DNA of 64,000 bases from assembly GCA_051942205.1 (NCBI GenBank), contig JAVECO010000050.1:62001-126000 (forward strand), in the 5' to 3' direction. This DNA comes from Coniocarpon cinnabarinum (Eukaryota). Below, one piece after another: positions 46,209 to 57,363 of this stretch. The first letter of the stretch is position 1, and every line of letters begins with the position of its first letter. The translations under genes were made by a program, and so were the position numbers. The notes under the pieces were generated by a model. That model had not been told where the DNA came from. It searched no databases and worked only from the letters and a program-made list of their open reading frames with translations.

Positions 46209-48776
46209 TCATTGATGCTGCTGATCATCATCGTCGTCTCCGTAATCGATCAGATCTTCTTCTTCTTCGTCAGCAGCGGTGGTTGGAGCACCAATTGCAG
46301 AAGGAGCAGTGGCAGCGGCAGCGGCAGCAGCAGCAGCACGAGCCTCATCTGCCTTCATGATGGCGGCGAGCGCAGGGTGTGGTACCCAGCCCTTAGGAGG
46401 AGTACGGTAGTCGGACCTGGGGTCGTCTTGATCAAAATCCGAACCATAGTTAATGAGTTCTTCATCGTCGTCGGTGGAAGCACCATCTGCGGCTGCTGAT
46501 GTGCCGTTTGTGCTCTGAGCACCGTTGACAACCCCGTTCTGTTTATCGCCAAGTTCGTCTGGGCCCTGTGGTGCCTCAGATGCAGGCTCTGCCTCCGCAT
46601 GTATTTCTTCATTATTTTTGTTGTTTTCAGAATCGACCGGAGGGTCATTTCCCTCGGATGAGACAGCTTTTGCTTTCTTAGAGTCGTTTTCAGGCATCAC
46701 AGCTGCAGTGTCTGATACTGGTAGTGAAGGCTGATGGGACGCCGCTAAGGTGGGTGCTGGATCGGCAGCGCCCGCTGATGCGTTCGAGTGACGCTTCGAA
46801 GCCTTGTGTGGTTCTCGGGCTTCATTTGTGTTTCTTTCATCCACTGGAAGCCGTTTGCGTTTTTTGCTATCGCTGGGAGAGCGACTAAGAGAATCCAGCT
46901 CGGCAACATCACTCTGTGGCGCAGGGACAGCGACATTTGAGACAGCCTCCTCTTCACCGTCTGAGTAGTCAATGATGCTTCCTTCATCCTCAGTATCACC
47001 CCTGGGTTGTGTTACCTGTATGTGAGCTGAAGAGTCCACTGCCTCAGCTTCGAAATTGTCAGTATCCTGGTGCCAAAGCGAGATCTCTTCAACGAAGGGC
47101 AAGGGCTTCACGGACTGGGCACGAAGGAGAGAGGTGTACAAACCTTTCGATGAGACCGCAGAAGGGTCCGATACAGTCACCACCCCCTCAACAAATGCTT
47201 CTCCACCTTTGTCACCTTCCCTGCCGTGATGCCCATGAGGCACCTGTGCAGCCTCGAAAGCGCTTTGGGTCTTGTCTGCCTTGCCCGCGTCATCTGCTGC
47301 TTGCTCTTCAGGAGTACTCGCAAGCACTTCAGCATGATCATTGTTCGGGTCTCGCTCCTCGGCGTCGTGGGGTACTGCCTCTCCTGTAGCTCTCTCCTGC
47401 TCTTCATATTCTGGGTTTTGGTGGGTTTGAAATTCATTTTCGATACCGTGTCCCCTGTCAACATCGTCCTGCTCGTGATCACCTTCTGAATAATCCTCCT
47501 TGTGGTCTCCCTTTTGACTTAACTCTTCACGCTCTAGATCACCTGTGTTATCATACTCCTCGTGATCACTGAGTTGCTCCTCTTGAGATCCCTGAACAAC
47601 GGCAGACAGACCTTTGCCCTCATTAGATGCGTTCCGAAGATACTGAAATCTAGAATAGAATTTGCTCTCGACTGTGAGTTTAAGGCTGAAGGCATCTGGT
47701 GCGAAATTGCCGTCGTTGCCCGAAAGCTTTACGTAAAGATCAACAAAGCTCAGTAGGCAGCATCCGGCCTCAGCAGAAAATGCAGATTCCTCATTGATTT
47801 TCATGTCCAGATCAGGGAATTCAAGGCCTAATAATGACGCGTCGGGAATTGCCTGGCCAAACTTATCTCTGAATGCATCAAAAACAGATCGAACAGGTTT
47901 TTCAATGAGCGTACGATCTTCTAAAAGGAATCCAGTGGTCGTATCAAGGGTGTCTTCAAGTGGAAACAAATTATTATCAACACCTGCAAAATGAAGTGAG
48001 AGTGGAATGGCAAGAAGGTGGGTCTTTTCCATAGAGTGAGGAGGGGACTGGTCACGTTGTTGCTGAGCAACATCTCTACGGTGAGTGGCATCTTCATCTG
48101 AATGCTGAAGTGGCAAATGACTATCGTCTGCATTGTCTCTGCCGATATTGGTGTGAAGATCTTCAGAATGTTGAGTATGGTGATCGCGTTCATAATCTTC
48201 AGGTCCGTGCGAGCCACTGTCCGCAGGCACCTCTTCTTTCTCCTTGACAGATTGTTGCTGCTCGCCAGGTTCAAATGTGCTCTCAGGCTCTGAATTCCTT
48301 GGAAGATGACCAGCTGAGTAGTCGTCGAGCTTTTGCGAGTCAAGAGGCGGCGTGAGATTAGAAGCACCTCTATCTTCGACCAGGCTACGGTCTTGTATGA
48401 GCGTTGGGGTTTCCGTAGTTCGTTGAGGCTCGAAAACGGACACAGGGGCAAATGACGGCGGATCGTCCTCTGGTGGGAGGTCGGTCACATCAACATCTTC
48501 AGCAATATCATCTTCAATATAGTCATCCAACTCTTCATCTGCTGAGTTCAGAACATCGTCATCGTACTGATTGTGATCATTCATGTCATCATCTTCGTCT
48601 TTGATGGACTCAAAGCCTTGGTCATCATCCATCGCCTGGTCCTGTTCCTCAACAGGATCCACGTCGCCAAGATCAATCTCAATATCCCCGTCCAGATGCT
48701 GACCGGTGTCGGAGGCGATCTCCATGTCGTCGGCAACCGATCCCCCGCCATGCGGGTGCAGCGAGGTGTTCGACAT
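46209..48776 (-). CDS. Acidic disordered protein with a central DUF2420/Rmr1-like domain
   Basis: D/E-rich ORF with repeated LIDY/INY motifs. Folded core NLFPLED...FLLED...LEFPDLDMKINE...LYVKLSGND...KFYSRFQYL...GKGLS. First ATG 48776. Confidence 0.7.
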   Translation of the reverse strand: MSNTSLHPHGGGSVADDMEIASDTGQHLDGDIEIDLGDVDPVEEQDQAMDDDQGFESIKDEDDDMNDHNQYDDDVLNSADEELDDYIEDDIAEDVDVTDLPPEDDPPSFAPVSVFEPQRTTETPTLIQDRSLVEDRGASNLTPPLDSQKLDDYSAGHLPRNSEPESTFEPGEQQQSVKEKEEVPADSGSHGPEDYERDHHTQHSEDLHTNIGRDNADDSHLPLQHSDEDATHRRDVAQQQRDQSPPHSMEKTHLLAIPLSLHFAGVDNNLFPLEDTLDTTTGFLLEDRTLIEKPVRSVFDAFRDKFGQAIPDASLLGLEFPDLDMKINEESAFSAEAGCCLLSFVDLYVKLSGNDGNFAPDAFSLKLTVESKFYSRFQYLRNASNEGKGLSAVVQGSQEEQLSDHEEYDNTGDLEREELSQKGDHKEDYSEGDHEQDDVDRGHGIENEFQTHQNPEYEEQERATGEAVPHDAEERDPNNDHAEVLASTPEEQAADDAGKADKTQSAFEAAQVPHGHHGREGDKGGEAFVEGVVTVSDPSAVSSKGLYTSLLRAQSVKPLPFVEEISLWHQDTDNFEAEAVDSSAHIQVTQPRGDTEDEGSIIDYSDGEEEAVSNVAVPAPQSDVAELDSLSRSPSDSKKRKRLPVDERNTNEAREPHKASKRHSNASAGAADPAPTLAASHQPSLPVSDTAAVMPENDSKKAKAVSSEGNDPPVDSENNKNNEEIHAEAEPASEAPQGPDELGDKQNGVVNGAQSTNGTSAAADGASTDDDEELINYGSDFDQDDPRSDYRTPPKGWVPHPALAAIMKADEARAAAAAAAAATAPSAIGAPTTAADEEEEDLIDYGDDDDDQQHQ

Positions 48777-49555
48777 GTGGAATGCGACAACCAGGGACGG
48801 CACCCTGTAAGTCGCAGCGAGCAAGAAGTGAGAAGCTGGCAAGAGCTGTGTTAGTGGGTTAGTATGCAGACGCTACCTCTGAAATTTGATGAACAAAGAA
48901 AGCGGGCGTCGTCAAGGTCGAGAAGATCGACATCTAAGACTTCCGGGGCGTCTATTGAGTTAGAGAACTATCAGCAGCAAAAGGCTGCATGCGCGGTTGG
49001 TTAGGAAGCGTGCAGAGCATCTCCAAAGACGCAAATTACGAGCTTAGAGTAAAGCAAGCGGTGGGTTGAGATCAAGCAACTTGCAGGTGAATTTGTGAAA
49101 GAAAGAGAGGAACGCGGACTGCCGCAAGCGACGTAACGTGATTGAGAAGCTCAGACAGACGAGGGTATAACCCTGAAGGGGCAAATGATTTCATTCCGGG
49201 ATCACGTGCAACACAGTAGGCTGCGTCTGCCTATTTTTGATTGCATGACTGCATCGAAGGCGCAGAGCCAGAGATGATGCTGAGAACACCTGCTATTAGG
49301 GTCCCATAGGGTCCCAGCATTGACACGAACTTGTGTGGACGAAGCGAGGCGAGGCTCGCGCCGGCACAGCAGCATGAGCTTCCATGTGTTCGGAGGCTGG
49401 AGAGTTCGAGATGGGGCCCTAATAATTGTGTGCAGGTGCCTGACAATGGATTGTGGCGCAGCAGCTGTCAACGACAGGGGTGGCACGGTTCACCCGCATG
49501 GCGGCTATACAGAACTGCCGAGAACAGACAAAGGCGCGCGATCTATGCGGTTCGA

Positions 49556-49590
49556 GCTGGAGGCTGGAGGCTGGAGGCTGGAGGCTGGAG
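49556..49590. repeat. Perfect heptamer tandem repeat (GCTGGAG)x5 upstream of PBS2
   Basis: Read directly at 49556-49590. Confidence 0.92.
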
Positions 49591-50101
49591 CACGGACGCA
49601 GTGTGAAGAACGAATTGATGGAGGGTTGGACGATCAGTGATGCCCCACGGCCTTGATCAATTGCTAGCCCAAGTGCCCACTCGTTAATTACTTGGTGTGC
49701 CTGTTTCATCGCTCTCGACCACCTACCTACCTTTTGAACCTACCTGCACGCCCTTCCATCCTCGCTCCCTCTTTCCTCTTCCACCTCCTTCTCTGTCGTC
49801 CATCCTTCGCCGATCTCCTTCTCTTCTTCCATGGTCTTTTCCCCTCCTGCGTCCACTCGTCTTGACTCTGTATCAGCTTCCGCAAGTCTGCCCCCATCCG
49901 GCACCATCGGCGACCTGGCTATAGCCCTCAGAGGCGTCTGACTCATGGATTGATTGTCCTGCTTTCCTGGCCTGTACGGCTGTCTTTCAAAGCCTTGGTC
50001 CAGGCCCAGCCTGCGCAGCCCCTCCTCCCACACTTGTCCAAGCCGGCATTCGGCATCTCTCCCAACGTGACGGAAGCACCCGCCGCTATTTCGACTCGAG
50101 C

Positions 50102-52132
50102 ATGAGCTCTCCGCTCAATGGGCAGCAGAATGCGGTCGAGCAGGACTCAGATCCGGAGTCTCCGGGCTCCCCCAATTCAACAGCGTCCACTCCGTCGCCT
50201 TTGCTAGAAAGCCCGCCTTCGGTTGCCCCCTCGAATTCGCAGTCTGCCCAGCCTCCCTCGCAGTTCACCTCCAATATGACCACCTCGTCGACACCGTTAG
50301 GCAATGTCAATGCGGCAAGGCGGCCGCCTGCCCCACAGGCCACCATGTCCAACAGGGGCGCTCTGCCTCAAGATTTACAAGCGCGTATGAAGGCGTTCCA
50401 TCTCGGAAGACAGGGAACGCCAGCAGCTTCGGCGAGATCGCCACAACCCCAGACTACTCAGCCTCCACCACCTTCTCAAAATATTCCGGCGCCTACTCAG
50501 GGCGTTGGCGGTGTTCCTGCAAGTTTCGGTGCAGCATCGCGACCTGGCGTACCAGCTTCCAACTCCTCGCCGGCTGTTCCTGGTAGCTCAGGACCTAAGA
50601 AGTCCTTGGCGGAGAAGAGGAACATGGCTTTGCCCGGTGGGCTTCCAGGTGCCGCGCGGCCGGCAGGTGCGGGCCCCGCAGCGCGCAAAGGCCCTGGTTT
50701 GAAGCTTTCCGATATGGCTGGAGGCAGCGGTCCCAGCGACTCAGGTGCGCAAGATAAGGGGACCAACTCAAGCTCGGCCACTGGGTCGTTGATGGACAAG
50801 TACTCAGACTTCATCGACAAGAACACCGGCGCTTTGAAGTTCAAAGGCAAAGCTACTTTAACTCCTCAAGGGGTTCGATTTGAAGACTCTGGCAGCACCT
50901 TCAACATTTCCCTTGACGAGGTCGACACCTTGGATGAGCTTGGCAAGGGCAATTACGGTACTGTGTACAAGGTTCGTCACAGCAGACCACGGATGAGACG
51001 GCCAGGCTTGGGTCTTGCAGGCAACAAACAGAGTGGGCCTGCTCCACTAGCATCGCAAATGAGCAGCGGCACGACGGATCCGAGCGAGCCCATGGCGGCG
51101 ACCAAGGACGGAACGTCCGGTGTTGTGATGGCCATGAAAGAAATTCGGCTGGAACTCGATGACTCCAAGTTTGCGGCGATTATTATGGAGCTCGACATTC
51201 TGCACCGCTGCATCTCGCCATTCATTGTGGACTTCTACGGCGCGTTCTTCCAGGAAGGCGCGGTATACATTTGCATGGAGTTCATGGATGGTGGATCAAT
51301 AGACAAGCTGTATGGCGATGGTATCCCTGAGCCTATTCTGAGGAAGATTACGTTGTCTACGACTATGGGTCTCAAATCGCTCAAAGATGACCATAACATC
51401 ATACATCGTGACGTGAAACCTACTAACATCTTAGTCAACTCCAAAGGCCAGATCAAAATATGTGATTTTGGTGTGAGTGGCAACCTGGTTGCAAGCATTG
51501 CAAAGACCAACATTGGATGTCAGAGCTACATGGCTCCAGAACGGATAAAAAGCGGCGGCGTCGCTCAGGCAGGCGCCGGCCCAGCTGGTGGCACCTACAG
51601 TGTACAGAGTGATATTTGGAGCTTGGGTCTTACCATTATCGAATGCGCACTGGGCCAGTATCCATACCCTCCGGAGACTTACGACAATATTTTCAGCCAG
51701 CTCAGTGTATGTATTCAGCGTCAGACCCTACAAACGTCTTGCGCATGATGTTAACAAAGTGCCTAGGCGATTGTGGACGGCGATCCGCCTGACTTGCCCA
51801 GTGAAAGCTTTTCAGACGCTGCACATGACTTTGTCCGAGGCTGTCTCAACAAGATACCCAGGCTGAGACCTACTTATCAACTGCTCCTACAGCATGCTTG
51901 GCTAGCACCTCTCCTGAAGCCTCCGACTATTTCCGAAGAGGACGAGGAAGCCGCTGAAATGTCCCAGCAAACAAGCACTGGAGCCAACGAGCTGACATCA
52001 TCCACAGCTGACAGAGAGGTCGCACAGTGGATGGCGGAGGCTCTCGAACGTCGCCGAAACGGAACGATGGGAAAGAAAGCTAAACCTGCGCTTCATGCAG
52101 CTCCGCTCGACGCAGTCCCCAGTCCAGCGTGA
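50102..52132 (+). CDS. PBS2: HOG-pathway MAP kinase kinase Pbs2
   Basis: ELGKGNYGTV, MAMKEIRLELD, HRDVKPTN and activation loop DFGVSGNLVASIAKTNIGCQSYMAPERI. Intron approx. 51706-51767. C-terminal KPALHAAPLD. Confidence 0.96.
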
Positions 52133-52520
52133 GTGAACATCATCAGGCAAAGTTCGACAACCACGTTCTCTTTTTTCAAGCCCAGTCTGCCTATTCCAAT
52201 CAGCTTGAGGGGTCCTAAAATATCTTTGTAATCTAGCTAGAGAAGTTATACTTCGTACGAGAGACGAAAAATAGACAGGCGCATGAGCAGGGTGGTGTTT
52301 CGTGACTTCATCGATCTTGAACATGCGCGCTATCCGTCGCACGTACTCCCCAGCCCGTAGCATCTTCCTCCTTTTCGTTCAGTCGTCACTGTACGCGCAA
52401 CTTGCAGACCAGCTTAATGAGAGCAACCATGCAGCAGCAATGCCACAGATTATCCTTCGAGACGGTGTGAATCGCCTAATTACCCGTCCCTAGTCGCTAC
52501 GCTCCTGACCTGGTTGTTAC

Positions 52521-53630
52521 ATGATGCCATTAGAAGTGATCTATGTCGTGAGACATGCTGTAAGTTCAAGCTACAGACAAGATACTTGCTCTCAGTATCG
52601 AGTGTGATGCCATGCGGAAAGCAGGACTGATTGTTTTAGCACCGCCTCCATTGGACAGTTGACCCTGCTTCAGGCACATACAGCAGCAACACGCCTACTC
52701 CGACTGGGATTCCGGCGGACGTGCAGCTTGCTAGCTATGGCGTGGCTCAGTCACATGAGCTTGCGAGAAAAGTGAAAAGCTTGTCACCAGGCCCGGATGT
52801 GGTGTACAGCTCGCCTTGGTATCGATGCTTGCAGACCATCCATCCCAGCGTGAAAGAACTAAGTAAGCAAGGAATGCGAATCAGTAAAGTTCGCGCAGAA
52901 GCAGGCATAGGGTGTGTCCAACACTTCCAAGCTTCAACATGGATTGGGATGAGGGACCAAGGAGACCTCAAGTGCAACTCATGCTAACATCTCCAGCGAG
53001 TTTTTTGGGACCGCGCGCTTTATGCATCCGTCTCCAGCCGAAATGGCAGACTTGACTCGGCATTTCAGTTTTATAGATGCTTCATACGGGTCCCATATCT
53101 GTCCGTCTCGAAACGGAGAGACGCTAGAGGATCTTCATGATCGTTACGCGTACGCGCTTCACCGTTTGATCCAAACGCTTGACGATGATCCATGTCAACC
53201 GCGCGCAGCGCTGCTGTGTACGCATGCCGCAGGCATGATATGCGCTGGCCGTGTGCTCACCGGTCAAATGCCTGCAGACCCGACTGAAGAAGACTTCAGG
53301 TGTGGAACTTGCGCACTGAGTCGTTTTGAACGACTGTCGTTTGAAGCCACGTCAAACGAAGGGGTCGAAATCTGGAATTCGTCAGAACCGAACAAGGTTC
53401 CTAAAGTCCCTTGGTGGCACAATGGGGGATTAGCTGGAGGATGGCAGTGCACTGTGAATGGGGACTGCGATTTTTTGAGCGGCGGCGAAGAACGGACTTG
53501 GTAAGTCTAATCATCATGCTCTTGGTGGACTGGCATTTGACTGTGCTAAAAATGTCTCACATATAGGCATTTCACGGGCGACGAGAGCTTCATACAGGAT
53601 CGACAGTCGTTACCTTCTGGTAAGCTGTGA
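52521..53630 (+). CDS. Phosphoglycerate mutase-like histidine phosphatase (TFIIIC tau55/Tfc7-like family), 4 exons
   Basis: MPLEVIYVVRHA|HRLHW...PTGIPADVQLASYG, YSSPWYRCLQT, LLCTHAAGMI and NGDCDFLSGGEERTW|HFTGDESF. Ends SGKL*. Confidence 0.8.
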
Positions 53631-54358
53631 GGCTGCTGCAGGCAAGATTATCGAGATGTGCCAGATCATGCAGCACGAAAAGGGGGTGCTCTTGCGTGAT
53701 AGCTAAGATGGACCAGTCCCATGCCTTGTAAATGTAATCACAGTGCATACAGCCGGTACCCATGAGGAACTATGCTGATGCAACGAGCGGGCCCAGGGAG
53801 ACCAACATCACTTGCCCCGTAGCACATCCGCCTGGAACTCGTCCTTGGACGCCACATTTTCCGATCTCCGGAACCGCCAGTGGGACGGGAGTATGCGGCA
53901 TCAGTCGAGCACAGTTCAGCTGGCTTGCACAGAGTTCAAGACTGCCTTTGAAGGCGACGTCATGTGCATGGCAAATACGTGGTGGGGCATGCATGGCGGA
54001 AAAATGCAGCAGCGATGGCCTCGTCTCTCCTCCAACCAGTGCTGCAACGAGCGACACACGACTCACGCCTGCCGCATTAAGTCTGTCAGGTACATGGTAC
54101 CTCACCACCCATCACAACCGTCCGCTCAAAACTTCAATGTCGTCTGAGAGCATACCCGCGCTTGTCGAAAATCTCTCTGGCTCTGGCAGACGGCATTTAT
54201 AAGGGGACACGCTGCAGTCCTCCTCCAAAACTCCTAATCGGCAGTTCGGTGCATTTGGCTGCACCACTCTACGACAGGCCATTGTGTTCCCACCCAAGCA
54301 TGCTGCGGTCTATTATACCGCATTATAGTTCACTCGATACACGAATCGCTCGTCAATC

Positions 54359-55872
54359 ATGTCTGAAAAGCCAATCTTTGTTGCAACCCATCCAAGGGCC
54401 TGTTCCACCGCTTTTGAAAGGGTGAGACTTGCAAATGGTACAAGGGGCCGTTTTTTGACCGGGTTCAGGTGTTCATGACTCGTAGGGACGACATCCAATG
54501 CGTCCACGAACCTTTTGGCGATGCATACTATTTTGGTCCCGAGCGTCTGGCTCATCGTTTTGGGAATGATGAAGCCGCCAGGAAAGAAAGCGGCTTTGCG
54601 GACTCGACCTTCAAGACCATTATGGATACCATCAATCGAGAGAATCATCAGGTGTGATTCCACTCTTCGTCTCATACGTACCCAGCCTCCTTGAACGCTT
54701 CTGAAATATCGCTTTGATTGAAAGGCGCGTGATGAGATTCCCAAAGCAAGATGCAAAGAGGAGGCGGAAGCGTCTCAACCCTGCAAAGCTCGTGCGTGGC
54801 TTGCAGTACAAGCTACCGATTGGGACAAGATCTCAGGGCAACATTGCAGGCATTAGTTGGGGCGGCTTAGTCATGCAATCCTTGTCGGTGGTGTTGGCTA
54901 ACAACGACCCAGGACAAGCGAGTGCTCATCAAGGACATGGCACAATACTTTATGCCACCCAGCGGAGCACCAGTCTCCATTGCGCCATCACTTGCATTTC
55001 CTCGACGAGGAATCGGCACCCATGAGAATGGTTCAACACCCAACGGTCAACGCCGCCGGAGCAGCCTGAAAACCCAAGCTGAAGTCTTCGGAGGCGTTGA
55101 ACCCCCTCCAGGAGCTCCATATGCAACATACGCGGAGCCTAGTAATCCCACAGTAGTGCCTTTGGATCTCCTGGAGCAGTTCCACTTTGCCTTCCTAATC
55201 CGAAATCCACGAGCGGGAGTTCCCAGCTATTATCGTTGCTGCGTACCACCGCTAGACGCCGTGACAGGTTTCCAGGGCTTTCGGAATGACGAGGCTGGCT
55301 ATGTGGAGCTCCGCCGATTGTTCGACTTTCTCCGGCATCAAGGAGCTATTGGTCCAGGGCTCGCGGGGAAGTCGGAAACTTGCAATGGCGTCAATGGCGT
55401 GCAAAATGGCGCAACCGGTATCGATGGCCAGGATCACACGACCGGATTCCAGATCTGTGTCATTGATGCAGATGACTTACTCGACAAACCTGCTACAGTG
55501 ATTGAAGCTTTCTGCAAGAGTGTTGGCATCGATTTTCATCCTGACATGCTCAACTGGGATTCTTCGGAAGAGGAGGCATTTGCTGCCAAATTTTTTGAGA
55601 AGTGGAAGGGTTTCCATGAGGATGCCATCCAATCTAGAGATTTGAAGCCTAGAGGCCATGTAAGTCCACCAGCCGAATCACGCTCGAACCTCTCTCCACT
55701 GGACGACTCGGCTGCCAACTGACTGGTATAGAAACGGATTAAATCCGTGGATGATGACTACCTTGAGTGGATCACCAAATATGGTCGGGAAGGCGCCGAT
55801 GCCATTCGTCAAGCTGTGGATGAGAACATGGAGCATTATCGATACCTGAAGCAATTTGCGCTGAAGGTTTGA
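54359..55872 (+). CDS. P-loop/sulfotransferase-like fold protein (family of the N-terminal domain of BCAT-like proteins), 4 exons
   Basis: KPIFVATHPRACSTAFER|VFM...VHEPFGDAYY, KRVLIKDMA, FLIRNPRAGVPSYY, VIDADDLLDKP and WKGFHEDAIQS. Introns approx. 54422-54468, 54652-54912 and 55659-55731. Confidence 0.8.
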
Positions 55873-55929
55873 AGATAAAATGCAGGTAGACCGGAGGCAC
55901 TCTAAAGAAGCGCCAGTCGTTTACAGTGG

Positions 55930-56769
55930 CTAGCGAAGCTGGCCAGTTAAGCCAGCGCCGAAGCCCTTCTTGCCTGAGCCACTGGGCTCAGTCTTTCGCA
56001 TCGGATTCTCGCGTTCCCATCTCTCGTCGTCTTCCCATCTCTCTACAGCCGTGTCTACGTCGTCCTTGGCGTTCCGCAAGTACACTTCAGCTATGCCATA
56101 GTCGGCACACTTTGTACGAATCATGAAGCGCCTTAAACGCGCTTTCTGCTGGCGTTCCTCTTCGCTCTCTACTGGCTCTGCGGATAACGACGGCCCTTGG
56201 TAGTGGGGAGCCGGAATGAAGATTTCGTGTCGAGCAGAGAGCAAGTGATCGCTATACAAATTGTTGTGAGATCGTAAGACTTGCAAAGGTACTCGATATG
56301 CCAAAGAGATGGACGTCATCGTATCATTGGGCCGAAGATAGTGTATCGTGTCTTCTCCAACGCCAACCCCAGAACCTGACTGCGCTTGACGGGCACCGTT
56401 GACATTACTGGATTCATTCGTTTCGGAATAGGCCGGTGGCTGTTCTGACTCGTCTTGCTCGTCATCGTCTGCATCTTGCAGTCGCTGTTGCTTCATGTCT
56501 TCCAACCGCTTCCGCTCCTTCTCTTGCGACGCCAGTTGTGCCTCCTCATATCCCGGTGGATCTCGCAGTCCTTGCGGGAGACTCGTCGGCTCGCTGCTGA
56601 TTTGACAAAAGGGACAATAGCTCTGGAACCGGGTGTTCTTGGATTGACACGACCCACAGATTGTACGGTCGCAACATGGCGTCTGGCGTGGCGGAGGGAC
56701 CTTCTTCTCCGAGAAGTTGTCGGTGACAGGCTGCGCGCAGGTCGAACATGAGGTTGGTGCTGAGGCCAT
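55930..56769 (-). CDS. Intracellular LysM (CBM50) protein with N-terminal Cys-rich RING-like finger, PPxY motifs and a UBA-like tail
   Basis: CSTC...CCDRTICGSC...YCPFC; PPGY and PPAY; LysM HYLRPNDTMTSISLAYRVPLQVLRSHNNL...IFIP. No signal peptide. Confidence 0.8.
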   Translation of the reverse strand: MASAPTSCSTCAQPVTDNFSEKKVPPPRQTPCCDRTICGSCQSKNTRFQSYCPFCQISSEPTSLPQGLRDPPGYEEAQLASQEKERKRLEDMKQQRLQDADDDEQDESEQPPAYSETNESSNVNGARQAQSGSGVGVGEDTIHYLRPNDTMTSISLAYRVPLQVLRSHNNLYSDHLLSARHEIFIPAPHYQGPSLSAEPVESEEERQQKARLRRFMIRTKCADYGIAEVYLRNAKDDVDTAVERWEDDERWERENPMRKTEPSGSGKKGFGAGLTGQLR

Positions 56770-57363
56770 GGTCGCGTTAAATACTAACAGCAAATTATGA
56801 GATGAAGATAGGATTATTGAAACTTAGTACCACGGTTTGGGCAGCGCATTAATCATCGACTTGCATCTTGAATGGTTCACACAAGCCACATGGTGTGGCG
56901 TCACCGCGGGGTCCAGGTGCCAAGGATCGGAGACATTGGCCCGAGCGTCAAATTTCTGCTTATCTAAGCCCACTGCATCTCAAAGCCAGACCGCGCAGGA
57001 TCTATGCCCAAAGTTCGTACCTTCGATACATTTTACATACACGGTACCATCACCAATTAATAGTCGAAGAGGTATGTTAGACGAATCGCAACTAGCTGGA
57101 GTGGCTCTTCAATGTCGACAGCTTCTTCGGAAGCTCTGTAACTACCAATTCAAGCCGCCATGATTTGGCTGGCGCGACACACCATGTAGCATGCATGGGC
57201 TGACGATTGGCGCGCATGCGCGTTCGTGTGTAGATACCTCAAGCCGAGCATAACATCGCCTTGAGAATCTCTCGTGCCCTACCGTCCTTGTCGTCACCAG
57301 TTCCACCAGGAACCCATTTCCACTCCGAGCTCTACACTACATTGCAATAGCAACGCCGCCACC

